Positions 19,718 to 28,487 of a stretch of DNA of 64,000 nucleotides are shown piece by piece. Source of the DNA: Pseudomonadota bacterium (lineage in GTDB: Bacteria > Myxococcota_A > UBA9160 > SZUA-336); the NCBI GenBank assembly GCA_021295775.1, contig JAGWBS010000002.1:31986-95985 (forward strand). Direction: 5' to 3'. A program made the translations under genes and the position numbers. Below the pieces are notes generated by a model. That model made no database searches, was not told where the DNA came from, and saw nothing but the letters and a program-made list of their open reading frames with translations. Numbering within the stretch: the stretch's first letter is position 1; each line of letters opens with the position of its first letter.

Positions 19718-19755
19718 CCCGCCCCGCTGCGCGTCCGGGTCGGAGCGAACACCGC

Positions 19756-21267
19756 TCAGACGGGCGGAGACTCCCGGTAGGAGAGCGCCTCGGACAACTC
19801 CTCCGGCCCCACTTCGGGCCGGCCGGACAGGTCGGCGACGCTGCGGGCCACCCGCAGCACGCGGACGACCGCGCGCATCGACAGCGCCAGCCGGTCCACC
19901 GCCCGGCCCAGCAGTTCCCGGCCGGCCGGATTCAGGCGAACCAGCGGCGACTCGGGCGCGGCGGGCAGATCGGCGTTCGCGCTGCCCTCGCCGCCGGGGC
20001 GGCGGCGCGCCTGGAGGGCGCGCGCCTCCGCGACCCGCGCGCGCACCGAGGCGCTGGAGGTCGCCTCCCCCGGAGGCGACCCGATCTCGCGCCAGGACAG
20101 CGGAGAGACGAAGACATGCAGGTCGATCCGGTCCAGCAGGGGGCCGGAGACCCGCGCCCGGTAGCGCGCCACGCTGTGGTCGTCGCAGCTGCACTCGCGC
20201 CGCGGATCGCCGCGCAGGCCGCAGGGACAGGCGTTCATGGCGGCCACCAGCTGGAAGCGCGCCGGCAGGCTCAGCACGCCGCTCGCCCGCGCCAGACGCA
20301 CCTCGCCCTCCTCCAGCGGCTGACGCAGGACTTCGAGCGCGCGGCGCTGGAACTCGGGCAACTCGTCCAGGAACAGCACCCCGCGGTGCGCCAGCGAGAT
20401 CTCGCCCGGCCGCAGCGGCGAGCCGCCCCCCGCCAGCCCCACCGGCGAAACCGTGTGGTGCGGAGCGCGGTAGGGCGGGCGCCTGAGCGGAGCGGGCGAG
20501 CGCAACTCGCCGGCCACGCTGTGGACGCGCATGGCTTCGAGCGCGGCGCCCGGTTCCAGGTCGGGCAGCAGCCCGGCCAGACAGCGCGCGAGCAGCGTCT
20601 TGCCGCTGCCCGGCGGCCCGATCAGCAGCAGGTTGTGGCCGCCCGCCGCCGCGATCTCCAGGGCGCGTCGCGCCGACTCCAGTCCCCGGACCTCGGCCAG
20701 GTCCGGCCCGGGCTCCGGGTCGCGGGGGGGCGGTCCGGTTTGCGCGCGTTCGAGTTCGACTTCGCCGAGCGCGAAGCGCAGCGCGCTGCCGAGGTCGGGC
20801 GCGACGCTCGCCTCCAGCCCGGGGCAAAGACTCGCCTCGGTCGAGCTTTCCGAGGGCACCACCGCGCGCGACAGTCCCGCGGCGCGGGCGGCGCCGAGCA
20901 GCGCCAGGGTGCCCCGCACCTGCCTCAGCGCCCCGTCCAGTCCCAGCTCGCCCACCCACAGGGATTCGGCCAACCGAGAAGGCTCCAGCTCGACCCGACT
21001 CGCCGCGATCCCGACCGCGATCGGCAGGTCGAGGGCGGAACCCGACTTGGGCAGCTCCGTCGGCGCCAGATTGACGGTGACGCGGCCAGGCGGGAACTCG
21101 AGTCCGGTGCGCCGGAAGGCCGCCCGGATGCGGTCCCGGCTCTCCGAGATCACCCGGTCCGCCCGCCCCACGATGTGAAACGCCGGCAGCCCTCGTCCGG
21201 CGTCCACTTCCACGCGGACCGGGACTCCGTCGACGCCGTGCAGGGTCGCCCCGAACGCGCGGATCAT
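19756..21267 (-). CDS. YifB/ComM-family Mg-chelatase-like AAA+ ATPase
   Basis: Start trimmed to ATG at 21267 (MIRAFGATLHGVDGVPVRVEVD...). Has a Lon-like N-domain, Walker A GPPGSGKT and a Cys-rich insert (MNACPCG...CSC). Confidence 0.9.
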   Translation of the reverse strand: MIRAFGATLHGVDGVPVRVEVDAGRGLPAFHIVGRADRVISESRDRIRAAFRRTGLEFPPGRVTVNLAPTELPKSGSALDLPIAVGIAASRVELEPSRLAESLWVGELGLDGALRQVRGTLALLGAARAAGLSRAVVPSESSTEASLCPGLEASVAPDLGSALRFALGEVELERAQTGPPPRDPEPGPDLAEVRGLESARRALEIAAAGGHNLLLIGPPGSGKTLLARCLAGLLPDLEPGAALEAMRVHSVAGELRSPAPLRRPPYRAPHHTVSPVGLAGGGSPLRPGEISLAHRGVLFLDELPEFQRRALEVLRQPLEEGEVRLARASGVLSLPARFQLVAAMNACPCGLRGDPRRECSCDDHSVARYRARVSGPLLDRIDLHVFVSPLSWREIGSPPGEATSSASVRARVAEARALQARRRPGGEGSANADLPAAPESPLVRLNPAGRELLGRAVDRLALSMRAVVRVLRVARSVADLSGRPEVGPEELSEALSYRESPPV

Positions 21268-21350
21268 GCGGCAGCTCCGGCGGGACCGGGTCGGGGGCGA
21301 GGCCGGGGGCGCAAAGCCTATCCTTTGCGGGGGAAGGGGGAAAGGCCAAG

Positions 21351-22313
21351 GTGACGCCAGCGGCACGCGCTGTTTCGGGGATCGCTCTCGCCGCCGCCCT
21401 CAGCGCCTGCGAGGGGTCCGCCGGGCCGGAGACCGCCCCGTCCGCCTTCGACGGGCAACGCGCGTGGGCGGACTTGGTCTCTCAGGTGCGCATCGGTCCC
21501 CGGCCGGCGGGCTCGGAAGGCTCGCTCCGCGTCCGGCGGCTGATCTCCGACCGCCTGCGCCAGGCCGGCTGGCGCGTCGAGCCGCAGCGTTTCGAGGCGC
21601 GGCTTCCGGACGGGGCGGAGATCCCCATGACGAACCTGATCGCCCGCCTCGAAGGTGAATCCCCCGGCCGGATTCTGCTCGGGACGCATTTCGACACCAA
21701 GCGCATTGCGGACGCTCCCGACTTCGCCGGCGCCAACGACGGCGCCTCCGGGGTGGCGGTGCTGCTCGAACTGGCCCGCCAGCTGCGGCAGAGGCCGCGC
21801 GCCTGGAGTTACACGCTGCTGTTCTTCGACGGCGAGGAGGCGCTCGGCGAACGCATCACGCAGCGGGACGGGCTCTACGGCAGCCGGGCCCTGGCGGCGC
21901 GCATGCGGGACTCGGGCGAGTTCGAGCGGGTCCGCGCGTTCGTCCTGATCGACATGGTCGGGGACTCCGACCTGAACCTGCAGATCTCGGCGGACTCGGC
22001 CGGCTGGCTGGCGAGCCTGTGGCGCGAGGCGGCGGCCAAGCTGGGCCGGGGCGAACTGACCGACCCCGATCCCGTTCGTCTGGTGGACGACCACACGCCC
22101 TTCGTGCGGCTCGGGCTCGAGCCGGTCCTGGCGCTGATCGACTTCCAGTTCGGCGCGCGCTGGACGCCCGGGCCGTTCTGGCACACCGCGGCCGACGATT
22201 TGCGGTCCGTTTCGGCCGAAAGCCTGAATAGCGTGGGCGAAATCCTGGTCCAATTCCTGGTCGAACTGGAGGCGCATCTGGAAGCCGGCCGGGATGCAAA
22301 CAGTCGCCGATGA
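21351..22313 (+). CDS. M28-family peptidase / glutaminyl-cyclase-like lipoprotein
   Basis: 320 aa with a GTG start. Lipobox LSAC is present. Metal-ligand motifs: GTHFDT, NDGASGVAVLLE, FFDGEE, IDMVGD. Confidence 0.8.
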   Translation: MTPAARAVSGIALAAALSACEGSAGPETAPSAFDGQRAWADLVSQVRIGPRPAGSEGSLRVRRLISDRLRQAGWRVEPQRFEARLPDGAEIPMTNLIARLEGESPGRILLGTHFDTKRIADAPDFAGANDGASGVAVLLELARQLRQRPRAWSYTLLFFDGEEALGERITQRDGLYGSRALAARMRDSGEFERVRAFVLIDMVGDSDLNLQISADSAGWLASLWREAAAKLGRGELTDPDPVRLVDDHTPFVRLGLEPVLALIDFQFGARWTPGPFWHTAADDLRSVSAESLNSVGEILVQFLVELEAHLEAGRDANSRR

Positions 22314-22444
22314 TCTAAGCTTGCGCTCCACCCCGAGTCGGACGCATCGCTCGCTCGCGTCCGGCCGGAGGTCGAGCGACGCCGGCGGGCCGGGACCGCG
22401 GGCGAATTCGAGTTGGAGTCCGCCGCCCGCGAGGAGACAGAGCA

Positions 22445-23269
22445 GTGAGAGCGTCGCCGGCCTGGATCCTGATCGCCCTTCCGCTGCTCTGGGCCGCGCC
22501 TTCGGCCCCGGCCCAGCAGCCGGAAGCGGTCCAGGGACAGCCGGCAGCCGAGAGTTCCCCCGCCGCGGAGCGGGAGACCGCGGAACCGGCCGCTCCGCCC
22601 GCCGAAGGACGCACCCTCGCCGAGTGGTACGCCATGGGCGGCTGGGTCATGCACGTGCTGGTGGGCATGTCGGTGCTGAGCCTGATCGTCATCCTGGAGC
22701 GGTTCTGGTCGCTGCGACGCGGCGCAACGCTTCCGCGCGACTTTCTCGGCCAGTACCGCGACCACGCCCACCGCGGCGAACTGAAGCAGGTCGTGGAGCT
22801 CTGCTCCCAGTCGGACCACGCCGCGGCGCGCGTGCTGCGCTCGGGGCTGGTGCACTTCGACCAGGGGCTGGCCGACATGGTGGACGCCGCGTCGGTGGCC
22901 GGCGAGCAGGAGTCCGGCGGGCTGCGCCGCAACCTGCCCCTGCTGGCCGCGCTGGGAAACATGGCCACCATGCTGGGGCTGCTGGGCACGGTGCTGGGGA
23001 TGATCGAATCGTTCGACCTGATCGCCAAGACCGGCACCGGGGACGCGCGGGTGGTCGCCGGGGGGATCTTCCAGGCCCTGGTGACGACGGCCGCCGGGCT
23101 GATGGTCGGGCTGGTCGCCATCGGCGCGCACTCGCTGCTGCGCCGCAAGGCCGAAGGTCTCGAGGTCGAGCTGGTGGAGAAGTCCTCGCGCATGCTCGAG
23201 GACCTCTGGCTGAGGCGCGAGGCCTCCAAGCTGCCGCAGGGCGAGGCCAGCGAAGCGGCGGCGGGCTAG
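22445..23269 (+). CDS. exbB: MotA/TolQ/ExbB-family proton channel (ExbB-like) with N-terminal signal peptide and acidic/Pro-rich extension
   Basis: 274 aa. GTG start preceded by GAGGAG. N-terminus MRASPAWILIALPLLWAAPSAPAQ, then a linker. Family core: LPLLAALGNMATMLGLLGTVLGMIESF...GGIFQALVTTAAGLMVGLVAI. Confidence 0.85.
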   Translation: MRASPAWILIALPLLWAAPSAPAQQPEAVQGQPAAESSPAAERETAEPAAPPAEGRTLAEWYAMGGWVMHVLVGMSVLSLIVILERFWSLRRGATLPRDFLGQYRDHAHRGELKQVVELCSQSDHAAARVLRSGLVHFDQGLADMVDAASVAGEQESGGLRRNLPLLAALGNMATMLGLLGTVLGMIESFDLIAKTGTGDARVVAGGIFQALVTTAAGLMVGLVAIGAHSLLRRKAEGLEVELVEKSSRMLEDLWLRREASKLPQGEASEAAAG

Positions 23270-23272
23270 GCC

Positions 23273-23680
23273 GTGGCGCGCAACCGCGACGAGGACTCCG
23301 GCCTGGGGCTGACGCCGCTGGTCGACGTGGTCCTGCTGCTGCTGATCTTCTACATCGTCACGACCTCCTTCGTGGACCGGGAGATCGAACTCCGCCTGCC
23401 CGACTCCCAGGCGTCGGCGATCCCGGAGGAGAGGAAGAAGCTCACGATCGAGATCGGCCGCGAACCCGGCCAGCTCGCGCTCAACGGGGAGTCGCTCAGC
23501 GTCGAAGCCCTCGACCTGCGCATCGGCTCGGCCGCGCAAGCCGACGTCATCACCGCGGTCGAGATCCGGGCCGACCGCCTGGCGGTTCACGGCCGAGTCG
23601 TCGAAGTCCTGGGCATCGTCAAGAAGCACGGCGTCGACAACGTCGGAATCGCCGTGCGCCCGGTCGAAGCCCGCACCTGA
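23273..23680 (+). CDS. exbD: ExbD/TolR-family biopolymer transport protein
   Basis: 135 aa, starting 4 nt after the exbB stop. Its N-terminus LTPLVDVVLLLLIFYIV carries the conserved membrane Asp. Has an ExbD-like periplasmic domain. Confidence 0.85.
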   Translation: MARNRDEDSGLGLTPLVDVVLLLLIFYIVTTSFVDREIELRLPDSQASAIPEERKKLTIEIGREPGQLALNGESLSVEALDLRIGSAAQADVITAVEIRADRLAVHGRVVEVLGIVKKHGVDNVGIAVRPVEART

Positions 23681-23756
23681 AGGCAGCTTCGGAACACGCG
23701 TGCGAGAGCAGTTCGAGCCGGACCGGGGGAGAAACCGTCAGGTGGTCAGCGGATCC

Positions 23757-24623
23757 ATGAAGTCCCCCTCGCTTTCCCTGCTCGCGAGCCTCTTGTGCGC
23801 CTTGCTCGTCGCGGCCGGCTGCTCCGCCAAGCGGCCCGAACTCCCCAGTACGTCGACGCCGCAAGTCCCCTCCGAGATGCCCTCCTCGGAGCGCAGCGCC
23901 GAGGGCCCCTCCGGCGGCTCCGGCCAGCAGTCCGGCGGCGGCGCGAGCGCGGGAGCGGGGAGCGCATCCGGCGGCTCCGCCGGCCTCGGCGACGAACGCT
24001 CTTCCCTTGGCGTATCCCCACCACCCGGCTCCGGCGCGGGCGGGAGCGCCGGCCCGGGTTCCGAAGCTCCCACCGCCTCGCGGGACGGCTCCGGCGCAGG
24101 CCCGACCCGGACCGAGCGCATAGAGGTCCTGGACCGGCGTTACTACGGCGTGCTCAGCGGCGGTGGATCCGGTGGCGATCCCGGCGGCGGCAGCGGCGCG
24201 GGCGGATCGCACAGCGGCACCGCCGGCGACGGCGGCGACGGGACCGCCGGCGAAGACGGACTCTCCGCCTCGCGTCCCGCCCTGGGAGTGCGAGGCGGCG
24301 AGAAGTCCGGCCGCGACGGCGAGCCGTCATCCGCGGCCGCCTCCGGAGTCTCTGGCGGCGAAGACTCCGAAGCCGGTCCATCGACCGGCGACCAGAGCCG
24401 GCCCTTCGAAACTTCGGGCAGCGGCGCGAACCCGGAGGACATCCCGCCGGTCGACAACGACGACGAGTTCGCGCGCCAGCTCCGCCGCGCGGCGGAAACC
24501 GAGACCGACCCCGAGCGCCGGCGCAAGCTCTGGAACGAGTACCGTCGCTACAAGGGCTTGCCCGAGCGAGCGGAAACCCAGCAGAGTGAGGAGGACGAGA
24601 CTCCTCGAGGAGACGACTCATGA
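23757..24623 (+). CDS. Gly/Ser-rich low-complexity lipoprotein with conserved-looking charged C-terminal helix
   Basis: ATG at 23757 within track ORF 23700..24623. Lipoprotein signal MKSPSLSLLASLLCALLVAAGC. About 200 aa of G/S/A/P/D-rich sequence follow. C-terminus: DDEFARQLRRAAETETDPERRRKLWNEYRRYKG. High GC3 in this frame. Confidence 0.65.
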   Translation: MKSPSLSLLASLLCALLVAAGCSAKRPELPSTSTPQVPSEMPSSERSAEGPSGGSGQQSGGGASAGAGSASGGSAGLGDERSSLGVSPPPGSGAGGSAGPGSEAPTASRDGSGAGPTRTERIEVLDRRYYGVLSGGGSGGDPGGGSGAGGSHSGTAGDGGDGTAGEDGLSASRPALGVRGGEKSGRDGEPSSAAASGVSGGEDSEAGPSTGDQSRPFETSGSGANPEDIPPVDNDDEFARQLRRAAETETDPERRRKLWNEYRRYKGLPERAETQQSEEDETPRGDDS

Positions 24624-25843
24624 GAGAACAGCCCGGCCCGGCCGCGAGATCCCTGGCTCTGGTCCTCGCCGCCGCCGTCTTCTCCGCGGCTTGCGGCGCC
24701 ACGGCCACCGGCCCGGCCCCGTCGGTCGTCGGCCCGAAGAGTTCGACCCAGGCCGAAGCGGAGGCGTCCGCCCCCCTCGCCGGAGGCGGCACGCTCGAAG
24801 TCGTCGTGCCGGTCTTCGATCCCGGACTGCCCGAGGACGAATCTTCCGAGGTCGACAAGGGCGTTTTTCCCGAGCTGCGAAAAGCCGAGGCGGTGCGCTT
24901 CGCCCAGAAGCTCAGGCTGGAACTCGAGTCGACCCGCGCTTTCGAAACCGTGCGCGTGGTTCCCGACGCCGAGAGCGCCGCCGATCTCTACCTGCGAGGC
25001 GAGATCCTCCATTCGGACGGCGCGACCCTGAAGATCCGCTTGACCGCGGAGGACGCCTCCAACCGTCGCTGGCTCTCCGAAACCTTCTCCCGCAAGGTCG
25101 GCCCGAGGTTCTTCGAGAGCCCGCGCAACGCGGGGCAGGACCCCTACGACCCGCTTTTCGCCGAGGCCGCTGAGGCGGTGGCCGACAAGCTGCGAAAGCT
25201 CGACCCCGAGCGCCTGGCCGAAATCGAGCGGATCGGGGAGATCCGCTTCGCCCGCAGCCTCAGCGAAGAGGCCTTCGCGGACTACGGAGGCTGGAGAAAC
25301 CGGCAGTTCGTGCTGACCGGGTTCCCCGACGAGAACGATCCGATGCTCAAGCGCGCGCGCGCGGCGCGCGTCCGGGACCGCATGTTCGTCGACGACTGGC
25401 AGACCTGGTACGAGGGCTTCTCGGGGGAGATGGACGAGAGCTACCGGCAGTGGCAGGAGCAGAGCCTGACCGAGGTACTGGCGCACCGTCAGGCCCGCAA
25501 CGAAGCCATCGCCAAGGCCGTGGTCGGAGCCGTCCTGGTCGCCGGCGCCGCGGCCGCCGCATCGCAGGGGACGGACCTCGGCACGGCGGGCGCCGTCGTC
25601 GGCGGCGTGGGGGCGATCGCCGCCGCCGCCCAGGCGCTCGAAGCCCGCAGGCAGGCCAAATTCCACCGCGAAGCTCTGCACGAGATCGCACAGTCCATCG
25701 ACGCCGAAATGGCCCCGAACGTCATGCGGCTGGAGGAGCGCGAAGTGGAGCTGACCGGCAGCGCCGCCGAGCAGTTCCGTCAGTGGAGGGCTCTGCTGCG
25801 CGAAATCTACGCCGAGGAAGCCGTCCCCGACGTCGATCTCTGA
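24620..25843 (+). CDS. Lipoprotein with C-terminal Gly/Ala-zipper hydrophobic segment (unknown function)
   Basis: 407 aa. ATGA overlap with the upstream stop. Signal/lipobox LALVLAAAVFSAAC. Glycine-zipper-like AVVGAVLVAGAAAAASQGTDLGTAGAVVGGVGAIAAAA near the C-terminus. Confidence 0.7.
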   Translation: MREQPGPAARSLALVLAAAVFSAACGATATGPAPSVVGPKSSTQAEAEASAPLAGGGTLEVVVPVFDPGLPEDESSEVDKGVFPELRKAEAVRFAQKLRLELESTRAFETVRVVPDAESAADLYLRGEILHSDGATLKIRLTAEDASNRRWLSETFSRKVGPRFFESPRNAGQDPYDPLFAEAAEAVADKLRKLDPERLAEIERIGEIRFARSLSEEAFADYGGWRNRQFVLTGFPDENDPMLKRARAARVRDRMFVDDWQTWYEGFSGEMDESYRQWQEQSLTEVLAHRQARNEAIAKAVVGAVLVAGAAAAASQGTDLGTAGAVVGGVGAIAAAAQALEARRQAKFHREALHEIAQSIDAEMAPNVMRLEEREVELTGSAAEQFRQWRALLREIYAEEAVPDVDL

Positions 25844-25849
25844 GACCGC

Positions 25850-27328
25850 GTGCCTGACCCGACCAACGACCCGGACCCGCGCGGGAAATCCGAAGCTCTC
25901 GACGACGCCAACGAACGCGCCTGGGCACGGCGCGGGAGATATCTCGGCGGGGCCGCCGGGGTGCTGCTGGCGACCGTCGTCGCCGTCGTCGGGATGAGCG
26001 TGTTCTTCCCCGGCGCGGACGCTACCCACTCCGATCCCCCCGAAACCGAAGTTCCGCCGGAGTTGCCGGTTCCGGCCCCCTTTCCCGACCGCGAGGCCCG
26101 CGAACTCTTCCTGCAGGCGCTCGAGGACTACCGCGTCGGACCCAAGCCGGAAGTCGAGTCCGAGGCTTTCGCCGCCTGGAGTTCCGAGGCCCGGGCGCGT
26201 CTCGAAGCCGGCGAGAAGGCCGCGGTGGAGGCCTTCGCGAACAGCGCCTTCGGCGAGGCTCTGCGACTCCTGACCGAGACCGCCGAACGCGCCGAGCGCG
26301 AGCTGGAGTCCCGCGACACGGCCTTTCGCGAAGCCCTCGACGACGCCGAGACGGCCCGCGCGGCCGCGGATCACGCGCGCGCATCGAGCCGCATCGCTCA
26401 GGCCCTGAAATGGAAGCCCGCCGACCCCGAGGCGCAGGTCCTGGCCCGGCGAATCGACGAGCTGCCGGCGGTCGCCGAGGCACTGGAAGAGGCCCGCGTG
26501 GCGCGCGCAGAAAACCGCCCCCGGCGCGAACTCGAAGCCCTGCGCAAGGCCCTCGCCGCGGATCCCGACCGCCCCGACGCGAGAGCCCGGGCGGAAGCGA
26601 TCTTTCGGGATCTCGCCGCGAAACGCTACGCGCGCGCACTGAACCGGGGTCTCGCCGCCGCCTCGGCCGGGGACCTGGACCGCGCCCGGGCCCGGCTGGC
26701 CGATGCCCGGTCCCTCGCCCCCGACCGCGAAGAGACGCTCGCGCTCGAGCGCGAAGTGGAAGCTCTGGCCAGACGCGGCGAAGTCCGGCGCGCTTTCGAG
26801 CGCGCCGAAGCGGACGCGCTCGAAGACCGCTGGCGCGAAGCCGCCGCCGGCTACGCCGCCGTCCTGATGCAGGATCCCGTCCACGCCCCGGCTTCCGGAC
26901 GCCTGGACCGCGCCCGGGAAATTCTCGCCACCCGGGCAGCGGTCGAGGGGCTGCTCGCCCGGCCCGAGCGTCTCGCCGAGGCGGGGGCCGAGCGCGCGGT
27001 CGCCGCCCTGATCGAACGAGGTCTCGCGCTCTCGGCACACAGTCCGAGCCTGGCCGGCTCCCTGCGGGAACTCGGCCGCCAGAGCGAGCGCTACCGCAGA
27101 GAGATCAGCGTGCTCGTGATCTCTGACGGACGCACCAGCGTCGCCGTCCGCGGCCTCGGGCGCATCGGCGAGGTTGAAAACAAGTCTCTTCGGCTGCGCC
27201 CCGGCCGCTACACTTTCGAGGGTAGGCGCAAGGGCTATCGCGACAAGCTGGTCGCCGTCGCGCTGACTCCCGAGGACGACGGCCGGGAGATCGAGGTGAG
27301 CTGTGACATCCCTCTCGAAACCAGGTGA
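25850..27328 (+). CDS. Single-pass membrane protein with long Ala/Arg/Glu-rich helical (coiled-coil/TPR-like) region and C-terminal PEGA-like beta domain
   Basis: 492 aa with a GTG start. TM segment YLGGAAGVLLATVVAVVGMSVFF. About 330 aa of helical repeats follow. C-terminus ISVLVISDGRTSVAVRGLGRIGEVENKSLRLRPGRYTFEGRRKGYRDKLVAV resembles a PEGA domain. Confidence 0.65.
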   Translation: MPDPTNDPDPRGKSEALDDANERAWARRGRYLGGAAGVLLATVVAVVGMSVFFPGADATHSDPPETEVPPELPVPAPFPDREARELFLQALEDYRVGPKPEVESEAFAAWSSEARARLEAGEKAAVEAFANSAFGEALRLLTETAERAERELESRDTAFREALDDAETARAAADHARASSRIAQALKWKPADPEAQVLARRIDELPAVAEALEEARVARAENRPRRELEALRKALAADPDRPDARARAEAIFRDLAAKRYARALNRGLAAASAGDLDRARARLADARSLAPDREETLALEREVEALARRGEVRRAFERAEADALEDRWREAAAGYAAVLMQDPVHAPASGRLDRAREILATRAAVEGLLARPERLAEAGAERAVAALIERGLALSAHSPSLAGSLRELGRQSERYRREISVLVISDGRTSVAVRGLGRIGEVENKSLRLRPGRYTFEGRRKGYRDKLVAVALTPEDDGREIEVSCDIPLETR

Positions 27329-27410
27329 ACTCGTGAATTCCCGGCGGACCGGGCGAGGTCCGCGGCGCGCCCGGTCCGAGTCCTCGCCGGCGGGCGACTG
27401 AAGCGAATCC

Positions 27411-28487
27411 ATGCCCTTCCGACGCCGCGAGCCGCCCGGCACCAACCTCGCCCTGCTGGACGTGATGTCCTGCGGGCTCGGCGCCGTGATCCTGGTGCTG
27501 ATGCTCGCCAAGCCTCATCTGGCGACCACCGAGATCCCCGCCCAGGCCGAAGTCCTCGAGGCCGAACTGGTCGGCTTGAACGCCCGGCGCGAAGCGCTGA
27601 ACGCCGAGCTGGCCCGCGCCGAGAGCGAAGCCGAGCGCGAGCGCGTGCGCGTGCTGGCCCTGCGCCGGCGCAGCGGCGTGCTCGAGGCCCGCCGTCGCGA
27701 CCAGTCCCTCGAGACGGCGCAGCGGCGGAGTTCCCTGTCGGCGGTCGAGAGCCTGCTGGAAAACCGTCCGGACCCGCCGACCGCCCCGACGCCCGACACG
27801 GTCGAGTTGGAGGCCAACAACGAGGCCGAGTACCTGATCGGCCTGAAGGTCGAGGGCCGGCGCATCGCCATCCTGATCGACGCCAGCGCCTCGATGACCG
27901 AGGAGAGGCTGATCGAAGTAATCCGGCGCAAAACCGGCACGCCGGACGAGCGTCGCGCCGGCCCCAAGTGGCAGCGCGCCCGCCGCGTCCTGCGCTGGCT
28001 CCTGGCCCGCCTCCCCCCCGACTCCCAGGTCGCGGTCCTCACCTACGCGGAGAAGGCCGAGTTCCTGGGCGAGCAGCGCTGGACGGACGCCTCCGATTCC
28101 GCGGCCCTCGGCGCTCTGGCCGTGGCGCTCGACGAGGTCGATCCCCGGGGTCCGACGAACTTCCGCGCCGGTCTCGACGCCGTCTGGGCGGAGCGTCCCG
28201 ACAGCCTCTACGTGGTCACCGACGGCCTGCCCACCCAGGGACGCGAGAGGAGCTTGCCCCGCCGATTCCTGAGCGGGATCAAGGGCGGCTGCGGGAACTC
28301 GAACACCATCTCGGGGGAATGCCGCCGGGCGCTGATGAACGAGGCCATCGACCGGAACTGGAACGGGCGGGTCGCGAACGCCATCCTGCTGCCGCTCGAA
28401 GGCGATCCCGAAGCTCCGGCGGTCTACGCGAACTGGACGAGAGGCACGGGCGGGCGCCTGCTCGCGCCGAGCCCGGACTGGCCATGA
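27411..28487 (+). CDS. ExbD/TolR/MotB-like Asp-TM anchor + coiled coil + VWA (MIDAS) domain protein, paralog 1
   Basis: 358 aa. N-terminus MPFRRREPPGTNLALLDVMSCGLGAVILVLMLA is a short basic tail followed by LLD at the start of a single TM helix. Coiled coil: EAELVGLNARREALNAELARAESEAERERVRVLALRRR. VWA domain with MIDAS DASAS (IAILIDASASM), a later T (GPTNF) and D (VVTDG). Confidence 0.75.
   Translation: MPFRRREPPGTNLALLDVMSCGLGAVILVLMLAKPHLATTEIPAQAEVLEAELVGLNARREALNAELARAESEAERERVRVLALRRRSGVLEARRRDQSLETAQRRSSLSAVESLLENRPDPPTAPTPDTVELEANNEAEYLIGLKVEGRRIAILIDASASMTEERLIEVIRRKTGTPDERRAGPKWQRARRVLRWLLARLPPDSQVAVLTYAEKAEFLGEQRWTDASDSAALGALAVALDEVDPRGPTNFRAGLDAVWAERPDSLYVVTDGLPTQGRERSLPRRFLSGIKGGCGNSNTISGECRRALMNEAIDRNWNGRVANAILLPLEGDPEAPAVYANWTRGTGGRLLAPSPDWP

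Noticed and set aside
22339-22363. Hairpin CGGACGC-N11-GCGTCCG after the M28 peptidase gene as a terminator
   Set aside because: It has a 7-bp stem with an 11-nt loop and no U-tract. This is too weak to call.
24548-27511. 987-aa minus-strand ORF antisense to the lipoprotein/PEGA-like genes
   Set aside because: It is a high-GC antisense artefact. The plus-strand frames have signal peptides, lipoboxes, TM helices and operon-style start/stop coupling.
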